Assembly (NCBI RefSeq): GCF_006345805.1
Contig: NC_043001.1
Location: forward strand, 81,840,001 to 81,904,000
Origin: Octopus sinensis
Taxonomy: Eukaryota
Direction of reading: 5' to 3'
DNA length: 64,000 bases
This document shows, in pieces, positions 13,126 to 25,840 of the stretch (position 1 is its first letter; each line of letters starts with the position of its first letter). Position numbers and translations under genes: made by a program. Below the pieces are notes generated by a model. That model was given only the letters and a program-made list of their open reading frames with translations, did no database searches and was not told the origin of the DNA.

Positions 13126-13476
13126 CGATGGTAATCCAAGGATCATCCTCAAATAATTTTCAGTTCCCTTTTTGACCATTTTTTTTAAAATCTAGAACAA
13201 ATATGTCTTAAGAGAAACAAAAAGAAAAACTACAACAGTACACCAAATTGCTTGTTCTATGGTTAATCTGGAAGCGCGTTCCCCAGGAGAGTGCCAGCCT
13301 GGAATCGAAAAGTGATCCACCTACACGAAATCTTCACTGAATACAAATTTGGATGGTCACTTGAACGGAAACTGCCCCAACTCGAGCCCACAAAAACTCA
13401 CCGCCGCACCCACCAAAGAAAGAAAAATTTAAGAGAATCAAATGAACCCGAGAAGAGTATAAAGAAGTATTATACG

Positions 13477-13508
<32 letters not shown>

Positions 13509-14517
13509 GGTAGGGAGCTGGCAGAGTTGCTAGCACGTTGAACAAAATGTTTAGCGACATTTCTTCTGGTTTTATGTACTGAATTCAAATGCAACAGCAC
13601 ACCATTACACTCAATCAGGCATTCTGCTCGCTGAGCGACACCTGGCAACTAAACTACATGATCAAGCGATTTTCTTTCATCTATTTATATAAAAGGATTA
13701 AAAAACGCAAACTGGGAAATTAACCCCCTGCAGATTCCTAGGCTTTTAATTCACCGCTTCACCCCGGGGTCTTAATAGATCACTTTGGGAGGCCCTATTC
13801 TAGATAAACTGTATCAGTTGAGTGCGATTTTGTGAGCAAATTTTAGAACAGCTAATTCTTGGCAAATTTTAGCACGGCTATTTCTATTTCGTGACGTCGT
13901 AGGAAAGATATTTAGAGCAACATAGTTTAGTGGTCTCTAAGGTAACTTTGTAACGGAGCACAAACGAATTATGTATTCTATAATACAAGTAAAGCTCGAC
14001 CGGACGATGACTAATATAAATCCATTGGATATGTTTTAACAAGTTTCTCTCTTGAATGTGACTGAATAAGCAAACTTAGTCCCGAAGCAATAAGAGGCAG
14101 ATGTTAAAAACGAATCAGACAAAGCTTTGAAATGAAAACTACTTGTCTTTATAGCTTGTTTTATCACGTCTAAGGGCAGTGCAGCCCGAAATACCGATAG
14201 ATTACAAATGAATGTCATTTAATAATAATAATAATAAATTCCTGCATTGTTAAACGGTTTCATTTTACATCAAGGCATAATGAAGTTAATGCAAAATTAC
14301 CTTATTTTTAAGTGCGTTATTTATTTAACCATTAAGTTACGGAAATGTACACAAATCAGCAAGGGTTGCCAAGCGGTGCTGTAGGTGTGTGTGTGGTCGG
14401 GGGGGGGGGGTTGTCAACCACCGCAAAGACGCCTGCTCAAAGGGCTTCCTCAGTTTCCGTCTGCCAAATTTACGTACCAGGCATCGGTCGGTCAGAGGTG
14501 TTCATAATACAAGACAC

Positions 14518-14918
14518 GGATCTTTTCGGTTTGAACGGCAGTTTTTTCTAGCGGTGTCATATGAAATTGTCACCCATACTTATGACCCTAGTATCGATCT
14601 GTTTTAGCGTTAGGGTTGGTTAGAGTTAGGGATGGGGGGAACGGTATCTTTTTTCTTCAGAAATGTAAATAAACCCAATCTGTTTCTCAAACGAGGGACA
14701 TATTCATACGGCACAGAATGTTTTCACCCCAATAGACGTCACTGATTGGTTGAAATTGAAGAAAAAAACAACAAATATCTTACAAACTATAGAATTTTCT
14801 CAATAAATCCAAGAGAAAAAGATATTTTATAGACACATTCTACCAGTATACGAAGTTTAAAAGTGTTTAGTTACGTGGAAATTATTTTAAAAAACTGCCG
14901 TTCAAACCGAAAATATCC
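14518..14918. mobile_element. MITE with about 30-bp GGATC-initial TIRs and 8-bp TSD CAAGACAC, inserted in a SINE-A copy
   Basis: ggatcttttcggtttgaacggcagtttttt / aaaaaactgccgttcaaaccgaaaatatcc. TSD at 14510-14517 and 14919-14926. Confidence 0.9.
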
Positions 14919-15699
14919 CAAGACACTTGCCCAAGTACCGTGCAATGGGACTGAACTCAGAACTACATGGTTGCAAAGCGAGCCCTTTAATCACACATTC
15001 ATGCCTACTCCTATAGCGTGTATGTGTGTGTGTATATACACTATGAGAGAAGTGCGTACAGTCATTGTTTTTTTTTTTCTTTTCTTTTTACTGCACCCTT
15101 TATTTCTAGTTAGGTTTTAAATGTTGTCCACATTAAAATATGTTAACATGTAATTTATTGTTTGATATATTTGTAACAGGAAGCATTAAACGCTACAACC
15201 TCGAAAACTTGTCGGCAACCTTCATTAAGAATTCCCACACACATGAACTGATACATTAGGCAAAATATAAGCAGTGACAGCAGATGGGTACAATACACAC
15301 ATTTTAAAACAAAATAGAAACAATATATACATATATAAGGTCAGAAGTGCAATTTGGATACAATTATACATACGTACACTCATACCCCTTACATCATCGT
15401 TTTAATGTCGATTTTCTTTTTATTTCTTTCCCTGCAATGGTGAGACGGAATTCGTAGAGGCAAGTTTTTCTACGGCCGAACACCCTCCCTGTTCACACTC
15501 GCCTGTTTCCAAGCAAAGGTAATGCTTCCCTGTGCCTGGATATATTTTTACAGACGACTGGTAACGAAGGACATTTCTTTTATAACAATGAGGCTGGTTT
15601 ACAAGTATGGCGCCATGTCGAGACAAGGGGACGGATTAACACACATCCTGGGTATAACATTAAACTGCATTCGCTGGTGAGGCTCCAGTGCAGGAGTTC

Positions 15700-16010
15700 T
15701 TACCATTACACTCAAGTTCGCTCTGTCCTGAAACGGTAGTTTCTAACAGGGCCCAGTCTATGAGATAGCTTTCGCAGAGATAGAGGAGACTCCCGTTATT
15801 TTTGTCAAAGCCGTGGGGGAAGGCAACTCTTCTATGAGAAAGATACTTTGGCATAAAACTCTGACAGTCAAAATAGAAGCAGTGGTCTTGCAATGCTTGC
15901 CACTGGAACCTACTGTGGCAACCGAGAGTAGTGTCAAAAGTGTTAGTACAAGGTTTTGTCACTTAAATCCAATGACGTACAAGATGTCTCACTATCATTT
16001 CATTTCTTGA
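15700..16010 (+). mobile_element. Very degenerate RTE-like RT remnant
   Basis: EIEE...KAVGEGNSSMRKILWHKTLTVK resembles the RTE motif EIRRRIAKAW..LRKIW..LKTK. Confidence 0.4.
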
Positions 16011-16051
16011 TATGTTTTGGCGATGTATGCGTGGCATGCAGAAAAGAAACA

Positions 16052-16402
16052 GGATCTTTTCGGTTTGAACGGCAGTTTTTTAAAATGATTTCCACGTAAC
16101 TAAACACTTTTAAACTTCGTATACTGGTAGAATGTGTTTATAAAACATCTTTTTCTCTTGGCTTTATTCTATAGTATGAGAAAATTCTATAGTTTGTAAG
16201 ATATTTGTTGTTGTTTTTTCTGCAATTTCTGCAATTTCAATTGGGTTTATTTACATTTCTAAAGAAGAAAAAAAGATACCCTTCCCCCACCCCTAACCCT
16301 AAAATAGATTGAAATGCAATAGATCGATACTAGGGTCATAATTATGGGTGACAATTTCATATGACACCGCTAGGAAAACTGCCGTTCAGACCGAAAAGAT
16401 CC
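16052..16402. mobile_element. Second copy of the GGATC-TIR MITE, in the opposite orientation to 14518-14918
   Basis: TIRs present. TSD AAGAAACA/AAGAAGCA (7 of 8 match). Confidence 0.9.
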
Positions 16403-16464
16403 AAGAAGCAGTAAACAATGATATGTAAATAGACAAACTTGTTACCAGTTCAAATATGCTAGGG

Positions 16465-16777
16465 CAGGAGTCGGGGAACTTTTGTTAACCAATTACCTTA
16501 AAATATATTTATTTACACCGACGTTACGTCCTTGATTTCAAAGGAAGAAAATCATAGATTCTTTGAATTCAAAAGGTTTATTGAATCTATTTGTATGAAT
16601 CTATTTACACGTCCATTACACTGATCAGATGCAGTGTTGGCATAAGAAAATTTTCTGTTGTAACAAGGAACACGGTTTTTTACGTAATTTTATTTATGCC
16701 CCATGAGTCCTCATTACCCCCAAAGAATTTCCTTTTTACCTCACTTGGGGTAATTTACCCCAGTTTGCCGACCCCTG
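16465..16777. mobile_element. hAT-like MITE
   Basis: caggagtcggggaact / agtttgccgacccctg TIRs. Imperfect 8-bp TSD tgctaggg/tgctaaga. Confidence 0.6.
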
Positions 16778-17099
16778 TGCTAAGAGTATTTTCGAATTCG
16801 TAATACAACCATTCATTGTATTTAGCCACGGAGAAAAATTTTCTCGCTGTAGGCAAATAAGTGTAAACACACCAAATCAGTTCGAAGCACCTTCCTAACC
16901 AAATAGATGGCTACATGTATTTCGGAGTGGTTATCTCCTCTTCAGTATCAGATACCGGAAAGGAGAACGCTACGAATAGACAACACATATAATCTCTCTT
17001 ATAATATTCTCATCATACTGTGACTGGTTGCACTAATCGGTGGCTCTCCGTAAATAAAACGAGACGAGAAATTTTCTCCATGAGCTTGTTTTTTCGGTA

Positions 17100-17450
17100 A
17101 ATGAGTGGTTTTGATAACGCTGCCCCCATTTGTGGTTTTATTGTGGTGAGGTGAGCCCAGCAGAGATCTTAGATAGAAAGATGATCAGGTATTTCCTTAA
17201 AAACACCTGTATTCACTCCAAGGTTTTTAGGAGGGTGTGGAACAGTTACGAACTTTTGACCCCAGGGTCTAGTTCTGGTCCCATTCAGAGAGGTATTCGG
17301 TTCAGGGACTGTTAGAGGTTTTAATATGGATGTTTGGAGTTATAACCTTCTATATAGTAAAATAGTGAATGGATCTCCGTCGGTTTCAAAGATGAGTATT
17401 CGAGATTTTTGGTCAACTGAGCTATTTACTTATATAGAATTACAATGAAA
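17100..17450 (-). mobile_element. Degenerate CR1/L2-type LINE RT C-terminal remnant
   Basis: Broken frames resemble ..LFNSLP..FKRKLDKFLSKIPD. Confidence 0.5.
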
Positions 17451-17929
17451 GTAGCTGAATTTTTCACAGTATCTTGTATCTTTAACGTAGTTTTCGGACA
17501 CAGCGTGACAAATACAGTGTAACAAAGTAAGTCCTTGTGAATTACAGGTACAGAACATTTCAGGGGCTTTCATTGTTTCTGTCCGTGGAATTTCATCAAA
17601 AAGCCATGGGTCAATCCTAAGTTGCGATAACAGATACTACCCAGGGTACCACACAGTAGGACTGAAACCGGGATCTCACAAATTGCGAAGTGAACTTCTA
17701 AACCATCTCATCATGCCTGTTTCAGAGAGAGAGAGAGAAACTCTTGGCACACATACATTTTATAGTTAAGGACTAGATTTAAAAATCTGCACTAAATCTT
17801 TGAAAGTGGCGTCCATGTAATCGCTTTATAGAGGTTTGTGTGTGTGTATGTACATGCGCGTGCGTATATATACAAAAAAATGGACGAAAATGCATAAAAA
17901 ATTAAGACAATTGTCATCTTCTCAGAAAA

Positions 17930-18530
17930 ATTAAGCAATCCCTCGTCATATCGCGGTTTATTAGCTAATAAAATATATAGTACTGTTTCTACTTCATGCA
18001 TTTTCACCTATCGTATGGGGTTTTTGAACGTAACACGATAGCCAAATCTTTCTGCCTTACATTATATATATATATGTGTGTGTTGTGTGTGTGTGTGTTT
18101 CAAATAATTTAACAAAAGCATGAAAAACAGAAAATTCGTAGCTATTTCCTCGTCAGTCAACGTCCAAAAGATCCTTACAATTTCGCGCCTTTAGCGTTGA
18201 TATTGTTCACTTTTGGCGGCGCCAGCGGCAAAAAGCCACGGAGAATACCTAACGAACGTACAGGATAACGACGAAAAAAAACGACAAAACAATATACATA
18301 CAGTAATCCCATGACTATCGCGAATATATGCTCCAACCCCCACCCCAGGTGAACATCCGAAGAAGAATCAGTGCTGTGCTGCGCTGTATATTTTTTTAAA
18401 GTCATTTTTATAATTTGTATATGTTCAATTTATTACAAATGCAAAACAACACCATGGAGGAATCGACATAATCTTAAATAATAAACCGTGATAGATGAAC
18501 CGCGATATGGCGAAGAATTACTGTTTGTGT
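17930..18530. mobile_element. Tigger/pogo-like remnants (TIR-like cagtaatccc..gctatatcgcgg at about 17935, 18301 and 18495-18525)
   Basis: TIR motifs. The internal 18060-18290 segment is duplicated at 18600-18825. Confidence 0.55.
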
Positions 18531-18547
18531 ATGTATGTATGTATGTA

Positions 18548-18595
18548 TAGGTCGTCGTCAACTTACGACACTACTGGTTCCGACTGACTGGTCGC

Positions 18596-18627
<32 letters not shown>

Positions 18628-19184
18628 TTCAAATAATTTAACAAAAGCATAACAAACAAAAAATTCGTAGCTAATTCCTCATCAGTCAACGTCCAAAAGA
18701 TCCTTACAATTTCGCGCCTTTAGCGTTGACATTGTTCACTTTTGGCGACGCCAGCGGCAAAAAGCCACCGAGAATACCTAACGAACGTACAGGACAACGA
18801 CGAAAACAAACGTCAACATAGCTTTGTTTTATATTTTTACATTCTTTAAGGTACATTCTCAGGTAAAAGTCACACACATCATTCTGTATTATACTATTAT
18901 ACTGGCGTTAGTCAAAAATTTCGGAGTCTCAAGCAGTTGTCTTATAAACAAATACAAGGTTGCATCGATGTCTCCGCGACAGTATATTCATCGAACACGT
19001 AGGATAAGCACAGTGGCGATCGATAGCCAAATCTAGGGTAAGCTTTTGTTTGCTGACCTCACCCGTAGACAGGTTATTTTCTAATTAAACCCATTAGATT
19101 TCAACTGGACTATTTATTATTGCTACCGTGAGCTGGTGCGTCAATCGTCGTAAATTGGATAGTTCTTAAGTCGACGACGACCTG
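18548..19184. mobile_element. Tigger/pogo-like non-autonomous element with TA TSD
   Basis: TA|taggtcgtcgtcaacttacgac ... ttaagtcgacgacgacctg|TA. Confidence 0.75.
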
Positions 19185-19787
19185 TATATATAACATGCAA
19201 TTTTAAAAATCAAAACCTACAGCTGATGGTTCATATAAACATATGTACCCTCTTCCAGCTGTCTCTCATAAAAAGGGAAGATTTGTATTAAAAAGTCGAA
19301 TGTTATTTGTATTCTTACAGGAAACACCCCTCACTCCCATACACACAATGAACAAAAACCAAACAAGAACAACTGAGCAACATCACAAAGAGCATCTGTT
19401 GAACGTCTTTACGAAATACTAACAGATCAATTAAACCCGTAGCCTGACATTTAATTCTACGGGTCAGTCCCACTTTCATGCTTGTTTTATGGACTCTTCT
19501 ATCACAAAGGCTCCCCCCCCCCATTCTTCTATGAACAATAGTTGATCTTCTTACAAAAGTGGCGCACTTGCGGGCGTCAATAATCGATAGGTTCCCTCAG
19601 CCTCACCATACATATACACACACATTAATAAACGTCCATATACGCACTGGTACATTCATCTAATCCACACTTACAGAACGCCTTGCACACACACACACAC
19701 AAACATACATACATACATACACACACACAAACATACATACATACATACATACATACATACATACATAAAAGAAAAACAAAAAATATC

Positions 19788-20190
19788 CTATTTCTTTACT
19801 ACCCACAAGGGGCTAAACACAGAGGGGAGAAACAAGGACAGACAAACGGATTAAGTCGATTACATTGACCCCGGTGTGTAACTGGTAGTTAATTTATCGA
19901 CCCCGAAAGGATGAAAGGCAAAGTCGACCTCGGCGGAATTTGAACTCAGAACGTAACGGCAGACGAAATACCTATTTCTTTACTACCCACAAGGGGCTAA
20001 ATATAGAGGGGACAAACAAGGACAGACGAACGGATTAAGTCGATTACATCGACCCCAGTGCGTAACTGGTACTTAATTTATCGACCCCGAAAGGATGAAA
20101 GGCAAAGTCGACCTCGGCGGAATTTGAACTCAGAACATAACGGCAGATGAAATACCGCTAAGCATTTCGTCCGGCGTGCTAATGATTCTA
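19788..20190 (-). mobile_element. SINE-B with one head and two tandem bodies of about 185 bp
   Basis: Near-identical units 19788-19971 and 19972-20155. Confidence 0.85.
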
Positions 20191-20313
20191 ATGTCCTAAC
20201 ATATTCGTCCTGTGACAGTATTGACCGAATCACTACGAGATTTTATAACAATATGGCCTAATCGATCAGATCATTAAACAAAAACTTTCTCCAGCCGCAT
20301 CCATCTATCTTTA

Positions 20314-20473
20314 CGAGGGTGGGCTGAATAGTTCCCCAAATTGAAATACCCCACATGGCTAGGAACCAGTGTCGCAGTGATAAAGACGTCATATCTGATG
20401 TTGGCGACTCATTTGGTCCTCCCATTCCATGAGAGTATCTTGGTCAGCCTATGAACTTTTCAGCCGATCTTCG
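20314..20473. mobile_element. Short mariner-like MITE
   Basis: TA|cgagggtgggctgaatagttc ... gaacttttcagccgatcttcg. Confidence 0.65.
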
Positions 20474-21162
20474 TGGTTCATTTCAGCTTGCAGTTGGGTT
20501 TTTTATGTCCTTCGTTTTTAGCTAATTGTTTTGTCTATTTTACACCTGTCGCATGAGACGGATGTAAAAACTGCAAACCTTTTCATCTTAAAGGATTGCA
20601 AAGAATTAGTCAGGAGAATGAGGTAGGGGTGTAAGCAAAAAAACAAAAAAAAAAGTGAAAAAAATTAAATTGGGAGGGTGAGGTAGAATTCTTTCATAAG
20701 AAGGGAACAACCATCTTAATTTCTTGCACATTTCTTTCTCTATTGGAGGTCATGATTGATAGTTATTTCGAAAATTCGCTGATAAGAGTTATGAGATGAG
20801 TGTAATAAGAAATAATTTGCTACTGCTCTCATCCTCTCTTTCACTTTGTCTGCCTCCCTCAGACACACTTCATTTTCACACATACCTGTCCACATACACC
20901 TAAGTCTCTCAGCACGAAGTCGACATTAACTAACCACTCAACTCCACGCGCCTCTACCAAAACCACCTCTCATTATTAACATCATTATCATTATTATTAT
21001 TATTATTATCATTATTATTATTATTATTACTGCTGCCATTATTCATCATCTTGGTTTTATGAGTAACATAAAGCAGTCATTGTCGATCAACAAAATTGCA
21101 GACGTTAAATAAAACAAACACATAAAATTTGTTAGAGACGTTGTTAAAAGTTAATTACTTAC

Positions 21163-21214
21163 CCATCTGCATCTTGATAATTAACGTTGAATTTTGCTTT
21201 CGAGTTGATAAGTT
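21163..21214 (-). CDS. caskin: Internal coding exon (52 nt, phase 1 to phase 2) of the same Caskin-like gene; encodes (x)[16 protein letters not shown](G)
   Basis: Acceptor ttttatttccttgttttgcag, donor GATGG|GTAAGT. Resembles CASKIN1 KLLGSTKKINVNFQDPDG as recalled. GG+A joins to the 7386 exon across a 13.8-kb intron (7387-21162). Confidence 0.85.
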
Positions 21215-21311
21215 CTGCAAAACAAGGAAATAAAATACGGTTAAGATGATTTAGTGGTTATATTTATATTCTAAATCAAATATGCTATAGCAATATTATT
21301 ATATACATACA

Positions 21312-21697
21312 GGAGGCGCAGTGGCCCAGTGGTTAGGGCAGCGGACTCGCGGTCATAGGATCGCGGTTTCGATTCCCAGACCGGGCGTTGTGAGTGTTTA
21401 TTGAGCGAAAACACCTAAAGTTCCACGAGGCTCCGGCAGGGGATGGTGGTGATCCCTGCTGTACTCTTTCACCACAACTTTCTCTCACTCTTACTTCCTG
21501 TTTCTGTTGTACCTGTATTTCAAAGGGCCGGCCTTGTCACTCTCTGTGTCACGCTGAATATCCCCGAGAACTACGTTAAGGGTACACGTGTCTGTGGAGT
21601 GCTCAGCCATTTACACGTTAATTTCACGAGCAGGCTGTTCCGTTGATTCGGATCAACCGGAACCCTCGTCGTCGTAACCGACGGAGTGCTTCCACTA
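21312..21697 (+). mobile_element. SINE-C with 11-bp TSD ATATACATACA, about 100 bp from the acceptor of the 52-nt exon
   Basis: tRNA-like head. TSD at 21301-21311 and 21698-21708. Confidence 0.9.
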
Positions 21698-23224
21698 ATA
21701 TACATACAACTAACAATATAACAAGCTGATGAGAGAGTGACTATGTGGTCGCTCGAATAGCTAGAAATAGTAGCAAAATCATTCTCGTAACCACTTTACA
21801 GTTTTTGATTTTTTTTTTAATCATTTTTTTTTTCTTTTCTAGAAAGCATACTGGAAAATGTGGTTCTCATCCGGGACCCATATGGCCTTGGTGGAGTCCA
21901 TATCTGAAATAAGTTTGTTATACTTGAACAATTTACAAAATATTTTCACAATTTTTCTTTAAGATTACAATTGTTAATAATAAATGGTTGAGAAACATTA
22001 ATTTAGGTGGTCTCTCTCTATTTGTTGAGAAAAGGTAACGCTTTACACAGACACACACACATCTTTGCAATTATATTAAACTGTTTCCAATTTCCAAATT
22101 GGGCCAAAAGCGCTTTTTTTCCTTTCAATATTTATTTTTGCTTGCAGTAGCCGGTTCTTTGGGTCAAACTCCAGCTGCTTCAGATACCAAGGTATCAAAA
22201 ATTGTCAAAGTGTAGTACAACGGGTTTGCTATAGAATGGTGAAACTATTTTTTCGCTTTCTGAAAAAGCAACGTTTTGGACTTAGGATACTTTTGCATAA
22301 TAGCAGCGATACATACACACACACACACCACACATGCAGAAAACATTAGTGTTTTTATGTTTTAAAATATACATGTCTTCACGAGACGAGCTAGTAAAAT
22401 CGTTACCACGCCGGGTACAATGCTCAGCTAGATTCTGTCCGTCTTTACGTTCTGTGTTCAAATTCCGCTGAGCCGGTACAAAAGGCGCACCTTCCAGGCC
22501 ATTTTATTTTCCAGGATTTCTGGGAACAGTGGACGGAATGGAAGAGGCTATCCTAAAACTAGAGACCATATCCGAATGCAAACTTTCATTACATTAGGTG
22601 ATCGACAAAGATGTGTGTGTGAGTGAGTGAGAGAGAGAGAGGGAGAGATTTTTTTTAAAGTTGGTTTCCTATCACAAAGTAATTGTGATACATTTTCACC
22701 AAATAACAAAAATTCTTTTTGTATTGGCCATAAGGGCAAAAAAAAAAAAAACATTTAAAAACTAGAAAAGCAGCTCATTTCCACCCATATACACGCGTGC
22801 TGAAAATTGCCCAATTTCTCAAACCAACGCCGGCAAAAACATAACCTCCTCCCATATTTATCTCGACCATCGTCATCATCAACACTGTCTCTGGTTTCAC
22901 CACAATCACCGTCAAAACGACGATCACCACAATCAGTTTTCATTACACAGTTGAAAATTCATTATCCGATACTCATGGGACAGAGACTGTTGCAGATTTT
23001 TGATTTCTCTAATTTCGGAGTGCTTTATTTAAAAAAAATTGCATCAACAAAACGGAACTGTTTGAGGATAGAAATCAGATCTAAACACAATAGCTTATAG
23101 ACATACTCTGAATGTAGTTGTCTATAATCTTTAATCATTTTTTATATACTTAAGAACATCAGAAATGTTAAAATATCAGCCTCTACCCACGTTGTCATGC
23201 TTTGATTAAAAGGTTACAGCAAAG

Positions 23225-23715
23225 ATTAGATTACTTAGATAAGTTTCGGCCGAAGTTGACTCAGCCATATCTAATTTAATAGCACCACCTGGAAGAGATA
23301 CACAGTCAGCTCTGGGGAACCATAGCCCATTCAAGCAGAGGGTTATTGTTTTCATAGAAATATCTGGGTGTGGGTGGTTTATCTGTTGGGGGTAATCATC
23401 TAGGGATCGTTTGAATGCCGTGAAGTCACTTTCCTCCTTTATGTGTGTCTGGCACGATGTTGAAGAGAGCAGCGCCAATTGAGGTGAAATAGTTCTGTCA
23501 TAGTGTTGTGATACGACACAAACATTTCTGTAGTGGACGGATGGCACGAGGCCAAGCCTCGGACAATGTTGATGGAATATTTTCCACATCATACAGATGA
23601 TATAGAGCTCACAGCGGCGGTAAAGGGAGCAAAGCCTGAGCTTTTTGAATCGATCCCAATAGTCAAGGCTTGTCATGTCATCCTCCGTAGACTTCCGCCA
23701 AGCAGCTCATTTTAA
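23225..23715 (-). mobile_element. CR1-type LINE 3' end (RT C-terminus plus tail)
   Basis: LDYWDRFKKLRLCSLYRR and FTAFKRSLDDY motifs. Tail ccgaaacttatctaagtaatctaa. Confidence 0.85.
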
Positions 23716-23844
23716 GATAGATACGCGAGTAAAATAACTAATAGAGAAACGAAAATAAAATTTGGAAAGAGCAACATGGCTAATTTTTTTTAGCAGTAGT
23801 GGGGGATGGGACTAGTCAATTATATTGAACCCAATAGGGCGACT

Positions 23845-24405
23845 AGCTGGCAGAAACGTTAGCACGCCGGGCGAAATGCTTAGCGGCATTTCGTCTGTCG
23901 TTACATTCTGAGTTCAAATTCCGCCGAGGTCGACTTTGCCTTTCATCCTCTTGGGGTCGATAAATAAAGTACCAGTTTCGCACTGGGTCGATGTAATCAA
24001 CTTACTCCCTTTGTCTGTCCCCTCTATGTTTAGCCCCTTGTGGGTAGTAAAGAAATATATATTGAACCCAAGTGCTCGACTGGCACTTATTTTATCAACC
24101 CCGAAAGGATGAAAGGCAAAGTTGACCTCGGGCAGAATTTGAACTCAGAACGTAGCGACGGGCGAAATACTTATTTCTTTACTACTCACAAGGAGCTAAA
24201 CACAGAGAGGACAAACAAGGACAGACACACGGATTAAGTCGATTATATCGACCCCAGTGCGTAACTGGTACTTATTTAATCGACCCCGAAGGCAAAGTCG
24301 ACCTCGGCGGAATTTGAACTCAGAACGTAACGGTAGACGAACTACCGTTTTGCATTTCGTCCAGCGTGCTAACGATTCTGCCAGCTCGCCGCCTTTCTGT
24401 CAATA

Positions 24406-24436
<31 letters not shown>

Positions 24437-25225
24437 TCCTTTTTACTATAGGTACAAGGCCTGAAATTGTGGAGGAGGGGACTAGTCAGTTACATCGACC
24501 TCAGTGTTTCACTGGTACTTAATTAATCGACCCCGAAACTATGAAAGGCAAAGTCGACTCCGGTGGCGTTTGAACTCAGAATGTAGACGGACGAAATGCT
24601 GCTAAGCATTTTGCCCGGTGTGCAAACGATTGTACCAGATTGCAGCTTTTCTGTCAATAATCACAATGCAAATAGTATGGGGTGATTGTGGGTGGAGTTC
24701 TTTGACTACAGGACTCTTTGATCATGGCCTAAAACAAAGCCGTTTCAAATCAGCAGATGTGACTTCGCATACAATTAGCTGACCAGCTGTCTTTACACCT
24801 CCTCTGACTACTACTACCACCACCACCAGAGAACGCCTACATGTCATTTTTGCTTTATGCCAGCTTACAATTCACCTCCCCTCAATAATAATGGTTCCAA
24901 ATTTTTCCACAAGAGCAACAGTTTTGTGGGGCGGGGATGTGTCGATTACATCGACCTCAAAGGCAAAGTCGACCTCGGCGGAATTTGAATTTAGAACGTA
25001 GCGACGGACGAAATACCTATTTCTTTACTACCCACAAGGGACTAAACACAGAGAGGACAAACAAGGACGTCGATTATATCGACCCCAGTGCGTAACTGGC
25101 ACTTAATTAATCGACCCCGAAAAGATGAAAGGCAAAGTCGACCTCGGCGGAATTTGAACTCAGAACGTAACGGCAGACGAAATACAGCTACGCATTTCGC
25201 TCGGCGTGCTAACGTTTCTGCCTGA
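23845..25225. mobile_element. Cluster of SINE-B copies: plus 23845-24060; minus 24060-24395, 24435-24650 and 24940-25222
   Basis: Family motifs. Includes tandem-body junctions. Confidence 0.85.
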
Positions 25226-25439
25226 ATAATAATAATAATAATAAACTTTCCAAATAACTGTGTGGTTAAGATGGTCGAACGAGTAACTTTCGACTTTTTT
25301 TCTATCCATTTATCCATTGGGATAATATTTATTTACACTATATTACCAATATTTATTTACACTATATTATTTTCGGTTTTATTTGCTTCAAGATGTAGCT
25401 TTCATAAAACGAACTATTTCACGTTCACGAAGTCTCTAA

Positions 25440-25840
25440 ATTCTCGTGACGTCAACAACGTGTGTGCGCACGCGCATCCTCACAACCTTTTTGTAACACG
25501 TTTCTTACAAATGTATCGGCCCAAGTGACAAATAGATTATTACTATTCCTTTATAAGCACACATTACATATTTAATAGGAGAGACTATTCTCGTAAATTG
25601 AAAAATACGTGGAAACGTACTCCGTTCACGCAAAAATTTGAATAGTTTACACATATAATTTGTATGCAAACGCACAGACAGACAATTTGCATGCAGACAC
25701 ACATACTCCGGTATTGGCAATTTGCATATAGCCATAAGAGAGATAGGGAAACATTCAATTGCACGCTCGCACGCATACGCCATTTAAAAGTTACGAAACC
25801 TTTTCCCCTCAACTCATTCTGCCATTGCTGCCATTTTCAG
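25440..25840. promoter_or_regulatory. Putative regulatory island: palindromic TGACGTCA (25447-25454) and YY1-like GCCATTT motifs (about 25778 and 25829)
   Basis: Motif match in unique, CpG-containing sequence. Confidence 0.25.

Noticed and set aside
19788-25222. Regularly repeated units resembling a CRISPR or other repeat-spacer array
   Set aside because: The units are SINE bodies of about 185 bp with no unique spacers, in a eukaryotic context with no cas genes.
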